Shown here one piece after another: positions 39,774 to 50,101 of a stretch of 64,000 nt of DNA; within the stretch, counting starts at the first letter, position 1, and each line of letters opens with the position of its first letter. This DNA is from an uncultured Leptospirales bacterium. GTDB lineage: Bacteria > Spirochaetota > UBA4802 > UBA5550. Location: positions 1,800 through 65,799 of the forward strand of contig CAZEPS010000001.1 in NCBI GenBank assembly GCA_964514165.1, given 5' to 3'. Both the position numbers and the translations under genes were made by a program. Under the pieces are notes generated by a model that searched no databases, was not told the DNA's origin, and saw nothing but the letters and a program-made list of their open reading frames with translations.

Positions 39774-40460
39774 ATGGTTTACGGTGTTATATTGTCCGGT
39801 GGATCCGGCAGGAGAATGAACGCCCCCATGCCGAAACAGTTTCTCGACCTTGGTCACATGCCGGTTATCGGATGGTCGATAAAAGCATTCCGGGATCATC
39901 CTCTTATTGACGGCCTGGTTATCGTGAACCATCCGGAATACCGGGACACCCTGCAGCAGGTAATCGATAAACTGCATGTTTCCAATTACTGTGTTATCGT
40001 TGACGGCGGCCACACGAGACAGGACTCATCGTACAACGCAGTCACATCAAGGCAATTCCGTGAAGACGATATTCTTCTCATTCATGATGCCGCGCGTCCC
40101 TTCATCACTGACGAACTCATAACACGATGTATAGAAAAGACCAGGGCCAACGGTGCGGCAGGTGTATATGTATCTGCAATAGATACTATCGCACAGATAA
40201 ATAATGGGTTTGTCGAATCCATACCGGACAGGAACATACTTTACCATACTCAAACACCGCAGGGATTCGTGTATGCACCCTTACTGAAAGCCCACAGGAA
40301 CGCGAAGAAGAATAACCTGACCGGTATTTCCGATGATATCTCCCTCCTGTTGAATGACGGTCAGCGGGTCGCTACAATAGCCGGCGATTACCGGAATATT
40401 AAGATAACGAATGTACAAGACCTTGCCTATGCCAGATTTCTGATTACTCACCAGCAGTAA
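39774..40460 (+). CDS. IspD/TarI-family cytidylyltransferase (2-C-methyl-D-erythritol-4-P or ribitol-5-P cytidylyltransferase)
   Basis: VILSGGSGRRMNAPMPKQFLDLGHMPVIGWSIKAF N-terminus. By context (last gene of the polysaccharide locus) a CDP-alditol/CDP-sugar role is as likely as isoprenoid IspD. Confidence 0.7.
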   Translation: MVYGVILSGGSGRRMNAPMPKQFLDLGHMPVIGWSIKAFRDHPLIDGLVIVNHPEYRDTLQQVIDKLHVSNYCVIVDGGHTRQDSSYNAVTSRQFREDDILLIHDAARPFITDELITRCIEKTRANGAAGVYVSAIDTIAQINNGFVESIPDRNILYHTQTPQGFVYAPLLKAHRNAKKNNLTGISDDISLLLNDGQRVATIAGDYRNIKITNVQDLAYARFLITHQQ

Positions 40461-40947
40461 AACTGATCCACGTTTTTACCATGAATAGGAACCTTTTCTA
40501 TCAAAACTGAACACCGCTGTGAACACCGCTAATATTACCCGTAAGATGATATACATCGATTAATAAGCATCTTCCGGATGCAACCCCCTTAAAAAAACTT
40601 GACATTAAACTGACTGAAACTTTCCATTACGGAACACTTTTCCCAGAAGGAGCAAATAATGACTGGTTGCAGTTACAGTACATTATTTTATTTTGTCACT
40701 AACGGAGGAATCACGATCAGGCATAAGATCATGGCCAGTAGTGTCATTAATCCGACCAAAACAATCGCCAGCTCCAGCAAGATAATCGAAAATATATCAT
40801 GCGAAGACGGGGAACCTGCCTCAATCACGAGGATGTACCCTGTCAGTGTCTCTCGGATATGGCCTGTCGCCAAGCCTCTTTCATCAGTTATTTCACCGGA
40901 TCAAGCAGGACATCACGTATCAGGAACCCAGCAGTCAATATAGATAA

Positions 40948-41877
40948 ATGAAGATTTATAACGATATTCCTGAAAACAAGAATCTTTTTAACAATCCAGT
41001 CGTAACCATCGGAACCTTTGACGGAGTCCACATCGGCCATCAGAAAATACTGAAAAAACTGCGGGAATCTGCAGATGCCCTGAACGGCGAAGCTGTTGTA
41101 ATCACATTTTCCAACCATCCGAGAAAAGTCCTCTTTCCAGATCAATCAACAAGGATCCTGACTACCTCTGAGGAAAAGGTCAAAGCAATCTACGGATTCG
41201 GCGTGTTAAATATCATTCTTCTCGACTTTACCCCGGACATGGCGAACATGACAGCCCATGATTTCTATTCTGGAATTTTATTGAAGAAACTCGACCTCAA
41301 GGGCATAGTAATAGGATACGACCACGCCTTCGGAAGGGACCGGGAGGGGAATTACGATTACCTGAAAAAAATTACCGGAAATGCCGGAATCACTTTAACC
41401 AGGGTGGAAGAGGAAGACTTCCACACCTATCCCGTTTCATCCACCTGGATACGCAACGAAATTGAATATGGCAGAATCCGAAGGGCGAACACCCTTCTCG
41501 GAAGGCCCTATTCATTGAAGGGAAGGGTCACCAGGGGGGCCGGAAGGGGACGAAAACTTGGCTTTCCCACTGCCAACATCGTGCCAGAAAATCCGGATAA
41601 AATCATACCCGGTGACGGTGTATACGCGGTTACTGTTTTGCTGGATGACAGAACCGGGAAGAATGGCATGATGAATATCGGGATTAATCCCACCTTCCAG
41701 TATCGGGGAAGATCTCTTGAAGTGAATATTTTTGATTATGATAATACCCTTTATGACAGAGATATTGACGTCAGTTTTCACGCCAGAATAAGGGATGAAA
41801 TCCGGTTCAGCTCAATTGATGATCTTATTGCGCAGATGAATATTGATAAACAGAGTGCCTTGAAAGTACTTGGATAA
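40948..41877 (+). CDS. ribF: Bifunctional riboflavin kinase / FMN adenylyltransferase
   Basis: VVTIGTFDGVHIGHQKIL (the FAD synthetase HxGH motif) and the C-terminal riboflavin kinase PTANI...GVY region. Confidence 0.85.
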   Translation: MKIYNDIPENKNLFNNPVVTIGTFDGVHIGHQKILKKLRESADALNGEAVVITFSNHPRKVLFPDQSTRILTTSEEKVKAIYGFGVLNIILLDFTPDMANMTAHDFYSGILLKKLDLKGIVIGYDHAFGRDREGNYDYLKKITGNAGITLTRVEEEDFHTYPVSSTWIRNEIEYGRIRRANTLLGRPYSLKGRVTRGAGRGRKLGFPTANIVPENPDKIIPGDGVYAVTVLLDDRTGKNGMMNIGINPTFQYRGRSLEVNIFDYDNTLYDRDIDVSFHARIRDEIRFSSIDDLIAQMNIDKQSALKVLG

Positions 41878-41975
41878 AAAAAGATAAAACCGTTTTCAAC
41901 CAAATACGTACCTAAAAAGGATCCTCTCGTATAATTATTAGCGGTTCCCTGAAAATATTCCGTTAATGTAATTAA

Positions 41976-43121
41976 TTAATATCTGCAAGAAACACCAAAA
42001 CTCACCTTATATGCAGAGAAATCCCTTCCAATTGTTACAAGTCTCAATTTCGGATCCACGTGAACAACTATGTAACTGTAATTCGGATACCGAACCATTA
42101 TAAAGCGATTCATCCGCTCCATCCTGGAGAGGGAAGCACCGATATTATGTTCTATTCCATAATTAATATTGAGCTGCAGCCCATTAACCGGCTTTATAAT
42201 ACACCCGATATCCGGGCTGAGTATAAAAAAATTGATCGAATCCGTTCCGATTCCAAAATCCAGTGACAGGGAAAGGAATTTAAAAACCTCGTAATAGGCT
42301 GACAGGGATGTTATATATCGCCTGTAGGTATCATTATAGTAACTGTACCGTTCAACATAATAGTCAAAAGTAAGGTCAATGCCGGCTTTTTTATTTACGA
42401 AATAGCTCAATGAGATACCGGGATTGTCTTTCTTTATTTCAGTATCATATAGAGACAGCGTGTAAGCGGCCTTGGCAAAAGTATTAAATGAGTAGAGCGT
42501 CCATGTGTAGTTATAAACGATCTCAATCATGAAATCATTGAATATCCCGACTAAACCTGCATGGTAGTAAGACGATCTGTAATGATCAAACCAGCTTGAA
42601 TACTGATAATCTCCGTAAATTTCCATAAAGCTGAAGGGATAAATTGACAGGGAAACCTCCGGGCGGTGGAAATTGATCTCCCTGTATGTTTGAAACCCGT
42701 CTGTTATCTGGTAATCAATAAACCTCGAGTATCCGGCAGATATTCTAAAAAAGGTATGCTCAAGCGTAACCATGCCATAAGGCTGGTATGTCATGTTTTC
42801 AGGGCTGATCCCGAGGGAATAATAGCCCTTAAAACCAACATTAATTGAATACGAAAACTGCTTCTGTTTATCTTTTTCACTCTCTTTCTGGTATCCGGTT
42901 TCTTCTTTCTCGCCAACATGAGAATCTTTTATTCTTTCCTGCTCATGGGCCACATCATTACCTGATTCATTACCATTAGCATCCCCGTATTCCCGGTTTT
43001 CAATAGTATCAATTTCTTCACCATGTGCCGGTGTGATAACCCGCATCTTTCCATTATACAAAACTCCCCATAAACCCAGTATTGCAAGAAGAGTTATAAC
43101 ATTTTTTTGTAGCATAATCAT
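41976..43121 (-). CDS. Hypothetical secreted Tyr-rich protein, possible outer-membrane barrel
   Basis: Signal peptide, Glu/Lys-rich linker, then about 250 aa of alternating aromatic/polar strands. AT-rich DNA. Confidence 0.4.
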   Translation of the reverse strand: MIMLQKNVITLLAILGLWGVLYNGKMRVITPAHGEEIDTIENREYGDANGNESGNDVAHEQERIKDSHVGEKEETGYQKESEKDKQKQFSYSINVGFKGYYSLGISPENMTYQPYGMVTLEHTFFRISAGYSRFIDYQITDGFQTYREINFHRPEVSLSIYPFSFMEIYGDYQYSSWFDHYRSSYYHAGLVGIFNDFMIEIVYNYTWTLYSFNTFAKAAYTLSLYDTEIKKDNPGISLSYFVNKKAGIDLTFDYYVERYSYYNDTYRRYITSLSAYYEVFKFLSLSLDFGIGTDSINFFILSPDIGCIIKPVNGLQLNINYGIEHNIGASLSRMERMNRFIMVRYPNYSYIVVHVDPKLRLVTIGRDFSAYKVSFGVSCRY

Positions 43122-43557
43122 AATACCCGATCCTTTTTATGCATCGAAAACAGGTAATGTCTCAAAACCTGTATTTACTATTAAGCCTGAAATTTCACAA
43201 CTGGGTTTTAGTCAATTATACCCACGGACATAAATATAAGATGATGCGCATACAGAATCACCACATATCAAATACCTGTAATACATGTTTCAACCAGTTT
43301 TTAAGAATTATGAAAAATTTTACCTATATACTCGCGAAAATATTTAGGGAACATCTATTATTAAACAAGAGACACCCTTTACTTATCTGTTTCAATATTT
43401 TTCTTTCTCTGTTTTATCATATACATCTACTACTCTACAAATAGTATGGAAAAATTTAATGATAAAGAGTCGTATTGTATTAATAGTTCCAGCCGCTGTT
43501 TAGATTTACTTGTTCTTGACAAAACCGATTATGCAGCATTGAATACATCCTGAAATC

Positions 43558-44100
43558 ATGATAGAAAGAAAATTCATTGATGATTTATACACCAGTTACA
43601 GCAGGGAACTGGCAATTTATATTTACAGTTTCGTTAAATCCAGCGAAACGGCTGAAGATATTCTCCATGACCTTTTCGTAAAAATCATAAAATATTCCGA
43701 AAACCACTTTATTGACCCGGCCAGTGCCCGGGCGCTCCTGTACAAATCCGCCCGGAATCTCTGCATCCGTCACATACAAAAAAACAAGAAGATAACAACG
43801 AGCCAGCTTGAAGAGAACCTGAAATATGACTGCAGTGAATCCGTCGAAAAGAGTATTGAAGATCAGGAACTCATGGATCGTATTCACGACCTTGTCGATT
43901 CAAGGGACCCGAAAACCAGGTCCGTTTTCTACATGAGAACCGAACTGAACATGCAGTTCAAGGAAATCGCCGAAATAATGAAAATATCCGAGCGGACAGC
44001 CAAACGAAAAATGAGCCTTGTTCTGTCGTTTCTGTCTGAATCCCTTGAAAATGAAGGGTATTCAAAAAAAATTCTCATTTTTATGTCATTTTTACTATGA
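43558..44100 (+). CDS. ECF-subfamily RNA polymerase sigma-70 factor
   Basis: Region 2 (ILHDLFVKII) and the region 4 HTH (MQFKEIAEIMKISERTAKRKMS). Confidence 0.8.
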   Translation: MIERKFIDDLYTSYSRELAIYIYSFVKSSETAEDILHDLFVKIIKYSENHFIDPASARALLYKSARNLCIRHIQKNKKITTSQLEENLKYDCSESVEKSIEDQELMDRIHDLVDSRDPKTRSVFYMRTELNMQFKEIAEIMKISERTAKRKMSLVLSFLSESLENEGYSKKILIFMSFLL

Positions 44101-44134
44101 AACGTGCGTTGTATTAATAGAGCCTGTGGAAAGC

Positions 44135-45358
44135 ATGAAGAAACATTTGACCTATAATGAACTGGCTAACTTTATCGCTGAAGTATATGACGCAGTGAAA
44201 AATGCGGATATCAAGAATCACCTGCAGTCCTGCGATACATGTGCTCGAGCACATGAACGAATGCTCTCTTTTCAACGACCGTATTACCGTCAAAAGGTCC
44301 GTATCAGCGATAACGTACGAATAAGGATCCTCGAATCATACGATACGATAAGAAATCGTGAGGCTGAATCAGGGCCGTCCCTGTCTTTTTTAAGAAGAGT
44401 AATTACACCGCCGCGGATAGTTGCCGCTGGAATCGCCATGCTGGCCATCATTATCTCGGCACTTGTTATCAATACCTATTTCTTTGCTGATCCAGCGAAA
44501 CCGATGCTTTTTACCATCAGTGAGCATTACGGAAATGTAACTGTTAACGGAGCCCCTATTGGAACCGGTGATAGAATTGGTCCAGAAACGTCCATAGAAA
44601 CCTCCGCGGCTTCTTATGTTATACTTTCATTCGAAAAAACAATTACCGTCAAAATTCTCAGCAACAGCAGGTTACAAATAGACAAGAGTATGCTATCCGG
44701 TAAAGCAAAGGATGTTGAGTTAAAGTTTTACCTGGCCAGGGGGAGCCTGATATCGAATATTACCCATGAATCAACAGATTACCTCTACCGTACTCCCTTG
44801 GCTGTCATCGATTCCCGGGGAACCAGGTTCCTCGTCCACGCCTCCGGTGAGAAAACGACTGTTTACATGGAAGAGGGATCCGTGACAATCAAATCATCCC
44901 TGTCCGAAGCAGAAACCATCACGAGTGGAAAGAACAAGTACACGGTTTCCGAAACCATAACCTCCAAGCCCCTGACCGATTCAGAAAAGGTTGTGTACCA
45001 GGCGCTCCGCCGCATGAATAATAAAGAAATGAAAATCGAAGCCATGGACAGAGTCTTGAATTCATTCCAAAGGGATGAATCCCCTCCAATCGATGCCCTT
45101 ACCATACTTATACAAGATGCCAGGATCGGAAAAGAAAATATGGACACGTCAGAGAAAGAAGTAAAAAAGAAGGAAGCGGAAAGCATCCTTCCTGATACAT
45201 CAGACCAGGAGATAGAACCAGCCACTGAACAAGAAAAGGAAGTGGATTACAGCCCGTCCGAAGATGAAGCCGATGCCTCAAAGAAAAGGGAGATCCGCGA
45301 TAATATGAAGGAACTTCAGGAACTGAGGCGTTCACGGCGCGGGATACGGAGCAGGTAG
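44135..45358 (+). CDS. Anti-sigma factor with FecR-like periplasmic domain
   Basis: Start taken at MKKHLTYNEL. HLQSCDTCARAHERM is a zinc-binding anti-sigma N-domain-like motif. One TM helix, then a FecR-like beta region (GTRFLVHASGEKTTVYMEEGSVTIKS). Acidic/Lys-rich tail. Confidence 0.65.
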   Translation: MKKHLTYNELANFIAEVYDAVKNADIKNHLQSCDTCARAHERMLSFQRPYYRQKVRISDNVRIRILESYDTIRNREAESGPSLSFLRRVITPPRIVAAGIAMLAIIISALVINTYFFADPAKPMLFTISEHYGNVTVNGAPIGTGDRIGPETSIETSAASYVILSFEKTITVKILSNSRLQIDKSMLSGKAKDVELKFYLARGSLISNITHESTDYLYRTPLAVIDSRGTRFLVHASGEKTTVYMEEGSVTIKSSLSEAETITSGKNKYTVSETITSKPLTDSEKVVYQALRRMNNKEMKIEAMDRVLNSFQRDESPPIDALTILIQDARIGKENMDTSEKEVKKKEAESILPDTSDQEIEPATEQEKEVDYSPSEDEADASKKREIRDNMKELQELRRSRRGIRSR

Positions 45359-45360
45359 CC

Positions 45361-46926
45361 CTATTCCCACTCAATGGTACTCGGGGGCTTGGAGGAGATA
45401 TCATATACCACCCGGTTCACACCCTTAACCTCGTTGATAATCCTGTTTGAAATCCGCTGGAGCAGATTTTGTGGAAGGTAGGCCCAGTCCGCGGTCATGG
45501 CGTCAACGGAAGTCACGCCCCTGATGGCGATGACATTCTCGTAGGTCCGGTTGTCCCCCATCACCCCGACAGATCTTACCGGGAGGTACAGGGCGAAAAT
45601 CTGCCAGAGTTCATTGTAGAGTCCCGCCTCTTTAATCTCTTTTATGACAATATCATCGGCATCCTGAAGGACCTTTATCCGTGCCGGGGTAACTTCCCCA
45701 AGAATACGGATGGCAAGACCCGGACCGGGAAAGGGGTGACGGTAAATGAGTTCATCCGGCATTCCAAGATGCCGTCCCAGATCACGTACCTCGTCTTTGA
45801 AGAGTTCCTTAAGGGGCTCTATAACCTTCCCCGATTTTATCAGCTTCAGCACCTCCGGTACCCTGTTGTGGTGACTCTTGATGGTATCGGATGGCCCCTT
45901 GGTCGAAACCGATTCAATAACATCCGGGTAGAGGGTCCCCTGGGCGAGAAAATCAAAGGTCCCAATCTTTTTGGCCTCGCTGAGAAAGACCTTGATGAAC
46001 TCCCTGCCTATTATTCTCCGCTTCTTTTCCGGATCGGTCACACCTTTCAGCTTCCGTAAAAACCGGCTGGATGCGTCCACGTACCGGAGGTTCAATTTCA
46101 GGTGTTTTTCAAATCGTTCGATAACTTTGGTATGCTCGTCTTTTCTGAGAACGCCGTTATTGACGAATACGCAGGTCAGCCGGTCGCTGATCGCCTTCTG
46201 CAGAAGAACCGCCGTTACCGAAGAATCAACCCCGCCTGAAAGGCCAAGGAGAACGGTTCCCCTGCCGACTTCATTTTTAACAGATCGGACCGACGATTCG
46301 ATAAATGACTCCATGTTCCATGTCGGTTTCAGTCCGCATATTTCAAACAGGAAGTTGGCGAGTATCTCTTTCCCGTGTTCCGTATGGTACACTTCCGGGT
46401 GGAACTGTACCCCGTAGATTGCGTTTTCCCTGTTTTCGATTACGGCAAATTCCGCGTTATCGGAAGACGCGATATGATCAAAACCGGAGGGAATGCTGGT
46501 CACCTTGTCGCTGTGGCTCATCCAGACCTTTTGACGGCGGTCAAGATTTTTAAACAGGAGTGATTCCCCGGTTATGGAGATTTCTGCTGAGCCGTATTCC
46601 TTGAAATCAGACGCTTCAATTTCTCCGTCAAAGGCGTCAACGATAACGTAAAGGCCGTAGCATATACCGAGCACAGGAACGCCGAGGGTGAATATATCGG
46701 TGGTTATCCGCGGCGCTCCCTTGTCATAGAGGGATGACGGTCCCCCTGAGAGGACAATGGCGCCGGGATGCTCACGCTGTATTTCGTCGATTGGATGGAA
46801 ATAGGGAACTATTTCCGCGTACACGTTCAATTCGCGAATCTTTCTCGCAATAAGCTGAGTGTATTGAGATCCAAAATCGAGAATAACCACCCGGTCTACA
46901 GGCAGCTGTATGTCATGCTCTATCAC
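45361..46926 (-). CDS. guaA: GMP synthase (glutamine-hydrolysing)
   Basis: GATase-1 N-domain, the ATP-PPase SGGVDSSV motif, and a C-terminal dimerisation domain ending ...TIEWE. Confidence 0.9.
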   Translation of the reverse strand: MIEHDIQLPVDRVVILDFGSQYTQLIARKIRELNVYAEIVPYFHPIDEIQREHPGAIVLSGGPSSLYDKGAPRITTDIFTLGVPVLGICYGLYVIVDAFDGEIEASDFKEYGSAEISITGESLLFKNLDRRQKVWMSHSDKVTSIPSGFDHIASSDNAEFAVIENRENAIYGVQFHPEVYHTEHGKEILANFLFEICGLKPTWNMESFIESSVRSVKNEVGRGTVLLGLSGGVDSSVTAVLLQKAISDRLTCVFVNNGVLRKDEHTKVIERFEKHLKLNLRYVDASSRFLRKLKGVTDPEKKRRIIGREFIKVFLSEAKKIGTFDFLAQGTLYPDVIESVSTKGPSDTIKSHHNRVPEVLKLIKSGKVIEPLKELFKDEVRDLGRHLGMPDELIYRHPFPGPGLAIRILGEVTPARIKVLQDADDIVIKEIKEAGLYNELWQIFALYLPVRSVGVMGDNRTYENVIAIRGVTSVDAMTADWAYLPQNLLQRISNRIINEVKGVNRVVYDISSKPPSTIEWE

Positions 46927-46928
46927 AA

Positions 46929-47504
46929 TTACTCTTCCAGCTTTTCAATATATTTATGCAAACCCGTATCGTTTATCTCTTTGTTCTTCTTCTGGATAGA
47001 CTCCCTCATTTTTGTCCGATAGTTTGTGAGTTTTTCCGCGAGGCCCCTGTCTTCGACCGCAAGGATTGACAAGGCGAACAGGGCTGCATTCTTCCCCCCT
47101 GACTTGCCGGCGGGCATGGTCCCAACCGGGATTCCAGACGGCATCTGCAGAATGGACAGAATCGAATCCAGCCCACCTGCTATTCTCGTTTCAATCGGAA
47201 TACCGATTACCGGCAGGGTTGTGTGTGATGCCACAACACCGGGCAGGTGTGCCGCGCCCCCTGCTGCAGCGATTATCACCCCGACTCCCCGGTCCCGGGC
47301 TCCCTGGACCCACCGCTGGGTCTGTTCCGGCGTGCGGTGCGCCGACGAAACAATGACGTCGTAATTCACTTCAAATTCATCAAGCAGTGAGAAACAGTCC
47401 TTAATTTTTGGAAGATCTGAATCACTTCCACAGATTATTCCAATATTTTTCATGGCTGACTCCTGTAAAATAAGCTCTATTACGGACTTCATCCTATTTG
47501 TCAA
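46929..47504 (-). CDS. purE: 5-(carboxyamino)imidazole ribonucleotide mutase PurE
   Basis: [18 protein letters not shown]...SAHRTPE are PurE motifs. The start is probably the internal MKNIGII. Confidence 0.85.
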   Translation of the reverse strand: MTNRMKSVIELILQESAMKNIGIICGSDSDLPKIKDCFSLLDEFEVNYDVIVSSAHRTPEQTQRWVQGARDRGVGVIIAAAGGAAHLPGVVASHTTLPVIGIPIETRIAGGLDSILSILQMPSGIPVGTMPAGKSGGKNAALFALSILAVEDRGLAEKLTNYRTKMRESIQKKNKEINDTGLHKYIEKLEE

Positions 47505-47595
47505 TAATGAATTTAAAATTCACAATATAATTTCCTTGACTAATAGATAATCCGCACTAATTTAATCAAACTATACCCTAAAGCACAGTATAATC

Positions 47596-48960
47596 ATGAT
47601 TCGATATATTATATTATTCATTTTTGGAATCATCGCGATAGCGCTTATATTTGTTCTCAGGTCCCTTTCATATCCCGTCAAGATTCGAAAAGCCGAAGAA
47701 TTTCTTGAGGATGAAGAATACGGCAAGAGCAGTGAAATAATAAAGGGGATTCTTGATAAAAAAAAGGATTATGTTCCCGCCAGGTATATACGGGCCCAGC
47801 TGCAGATGAAACAGGGCCAGTATCTCCTTGCGATTTCAGAACTGAACAGTATACTCTCCATCCCAGATTTCCAGAAATATGTAAAGGACCTCGATATTCA
47901 TTACCACCTTGCGACACTTTACAACCTGACAAAAAACTATCCCAAGGAGATCGAGGAATACCGTATCATTCTCACCTTCAATCCCGACGACCTGACGGCA
48001 AATCACCGAATCGGGCATGCCTATTACCGGAAAAAGGAATACCGCAAGGTAAAGGACCATCTGACCAAGTCGATAATTATTGATCCGGCACTGAAGGACT
48101 GCTATCTCCCGCTCGGGATATCCTGTTTCAAGATATCAGACTACAGCAAGTCGGAAGAATACCTGACCCAGGCGATGAAGGTCCCCGGGGACCATACCGA
48201 CGCCGAATTCTACCTCGGGCTCATCTACAAGATGAAAAAGGATTATGACAACGCTTTCCTCATGCTCGACAAGGCAAAAAAGAAAAGGGAGTATACGGCA
48301 AAGAGCCATTACGCAATCGGTGAAATCCATTATGACATGGGTCAGTATAAAGAGGCAATTGACGTGCTTGAAAAGGGACTTCCGACTGTGAAAGAGCGGA
48401 ACGACGAGGCTCACGCCTACCGGTATCTTCTAGCGGAATGCTACGAGCATGAGAACAAGATAAAAGAGGCGGTCCATCACTGGGAAAAAATTGCAGCTGA
48501 AAATCCGGATTTCCGCAGTACAATAATTAAAATCGATTCGTATAAACAGATCCTGGAAGACAGCAACCTCATGACCCTGTTCAATACTTCCCTGGAAGAA
48601 CTGCAGCCGATGATAATCGAGATAATAAGCAGCCTCAATTACAACATAATTTCAAAAGAGCGGATCACATCGAATGAATACCAGTATAAGGCATATAACA
48701 TCAAACGGATTAATGATCCCCCCATTCTTATATACTTTAACCGAACAACCAGGGAGATTACCGAGGGACAGATCATCGAATTCCAGAAAAATATTAACAC
48801 TGAAAAATGCAAGAGCGGCATCTATATAACCACTTCACGGTTGAGTCTCAGGGCAAAATCAAGCGCCCAGACAAAAGGGATTGACTATTACGACTCGGAA
48901 TTCGTTAATAGATCAGTAGAAAAAATACTATCGAGAAAAAAACACTCGAAACCTGTTTAA
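47596..48960 (+). CDS. Membrane-anchored TPR-repeat protein with C-terminal Mrr-like restriction-endonuclease fold (apparently lacking catalytic residues)
   Basis: N-terminal TM, about 300 aa of TPRs, then ...ILIYFNRT...GIYITTSRLSLRAKSSAQTKGIDYYDSEF. This aligns by eye to the Mrr_cat core (...QAKRY...GVFITTSTFSRAARDFA...IALIDG) but without the DGGID / QxK catalytic residues. Confidence 0.55.
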   Translation: MIRYIILFIFGIIAIALIFVLRSLSYPVKIRKAEEFLEDEEYGKSSEIIKGILDKKKDYVPARYIRAQLQMKQGQYLLAISELNSILSIPDFQKYVKDLDIHYHLATLYNLTKNYPKEIEEYRIILTFNPDDLTANHRIGHAYYRKKEYRKVKDHLTKSIIIDPALKDCYLPLGISCFKISDYSKSEEYLTQAMKVPGDHTDAEFYLGLIYKMKKDYDNAFLMLDKAKKKREYTAKSHYAIGEIHYDMGQYKEAIDVLEKGLPTVKERNDEAHAYRYLLAECYEHENKIKEAVHHWEKIAAENPDFRSTIIKIDSYKQILEDSNLMTLFNTSLEELQPMIIEIISSLNYNIISKERITSNEYQYKAYNIKRINDPPILIYFNRTTREITEGQIIEFQKNINTEKCKSGIYITTSRLSLRAKSSAQTKGIDYYDSEFVNRSVEKILSRKKHSKPV

Positions 48961-48998
48961 CTGTTTTCTGTATAAAACTTATTTCCGGATATTGATCG

Positions 48999-50030
48999 AT
49001 GAAAGAAAAATTACATCCGCACGGTATCACGATAGCATTATTGATTGTCATGCTTGCTTCAGCCGGCTGCAAAAAAGAACCGGTGGAAATTTTAACACGG
49101 AACATAGAAGAATATAAAAGCGGAGAGAAATCATCATTCATAAATATTGAAGAAAATGTCATCAGGTTTTCTTCTTTTGATTTAATGGAAAAAAGTTCTT
49201 TCTCCAGCAACGGGAGCCTTCTTTACCATATCAAAGGGAAAAAAATTAACATCGAATATCCCTTTGAAAAGAGATTACGGTTTCCCGAAGAGATTGAGAA
49301 CCCCCGGCTGAGCGTTAATAAGGAATATTCCGCGGTAAGCGACACCTCTCAGGTTATCGTTTATGACAAAAAAAACAGGAAAGTCCTTGATACAGTTTTA
49401 GGCGATGAAAAGGAGCCGGTGTACGCCCTCGCACTTCGCGATGATACCCTGTTTTACTATAAAAACCAGAAGCTGTATTACTACGACCTGGCACTCGAAA
49501 CCGGTAGCGAATATGTTTCCACGGTTTTCAAATCACCCTATGCCAAATTTTTCAACGCGAGTCTCTACCAGTGCGGTTCATACATGGGGATAATCGCTGG
49601 AATCGCCGGGTCCTATTACTTCAGCGTCGTTGATATCCCCGAAAAAGAGGTTGTTGTCCATAATATTGCAGTGTCCTCTTCAAAAATTCACATGAACTGC
49701 GACGGTCTCTACTATGTATTCGGCACCTCAGGAAAATGGGAACTGACCCGCTTTGATTTCAATTCAAAAAACAAAGACACAATAATGAACTTCAAAAGCC
49801 TCGTTGACATAGAAATTACCGGTGAGGGTGCAGTTTACCTCGATGACAAGGGACTGTTTATCATACTTCATGACGGGAAGAAAAGTTCCATTCCTTTTCA
49901 GTATGAGCTAATCGGGAAAGTGAATGATCATGTCATTCTCCTCTATGAGGATACCCTGTATTTCGTAGATCCCGGGAAGCTTTACACCATGCTTGCAACA
50001 GTTAAGGAACAACTCCCTGAAGTATTTTAG
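48999..50030 (+). CDS. Hypothetical lipoprotein
   Basis: Lipobox ...MLASAGC followed by a mostly beta-rich sequence. No recognisable domain. Confidence 0.5.
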   Translation: MKEKLHPHGITIALLIVMLASAGCKKEPVEILTRNIEEYKSGEKSSFINIEENVIRFSSFDLMEKSSFSSNGSLLYHIKGKKINIEYPFEKRLRFPEEIENPRLSVNKEYSAVSDTSQVIVYDKKNRKVLDTVLGDEKEPVYALALRDDTLFYYKNQKLYYYDLALETGSEYVSTVFKSPYAKFFNASLYQCGSYMGIIAGIAGSYYFSVVDIPEKEVVVHNIAVSSSKIHMNCDGLYYVFGTSGKWELTRFDFNSKNKDTIMNFKSLVDIEITGEGAVYLDDKGLFIILHDGKKSSIPFQYELIGKVNDHVILLYEDTLYFVDPGKLYTMLATVKEQLPEVF

Positions 50031-50101
50031 GATTATAACTGCTGATAGTATAAGAGTCTTGGTGATGTAACCTTTAAAACTGCAGACCTGTCTGCAAAAA
50101 A

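Noticed and set aside
40461-40947. Possible FMN riboswitch upstream of ribF
   Set aside because: No RFN-element conserved cores, such as the GGATGG...CCGACAG-type stems, are recognisable by eye. ribF is also not a typical FMN-riboswitch target.
43516-43544. TTGACA-17-TTGAAT upstream of the ECF sigma gene as a promoter
   Set aside because: The -10 hexamer is poor, with no A at position 2. ECF sigma genes are usually autoregulated from ECF-type (AAC...CGT-like) promoters, which I could not identify. It was left uncalled.
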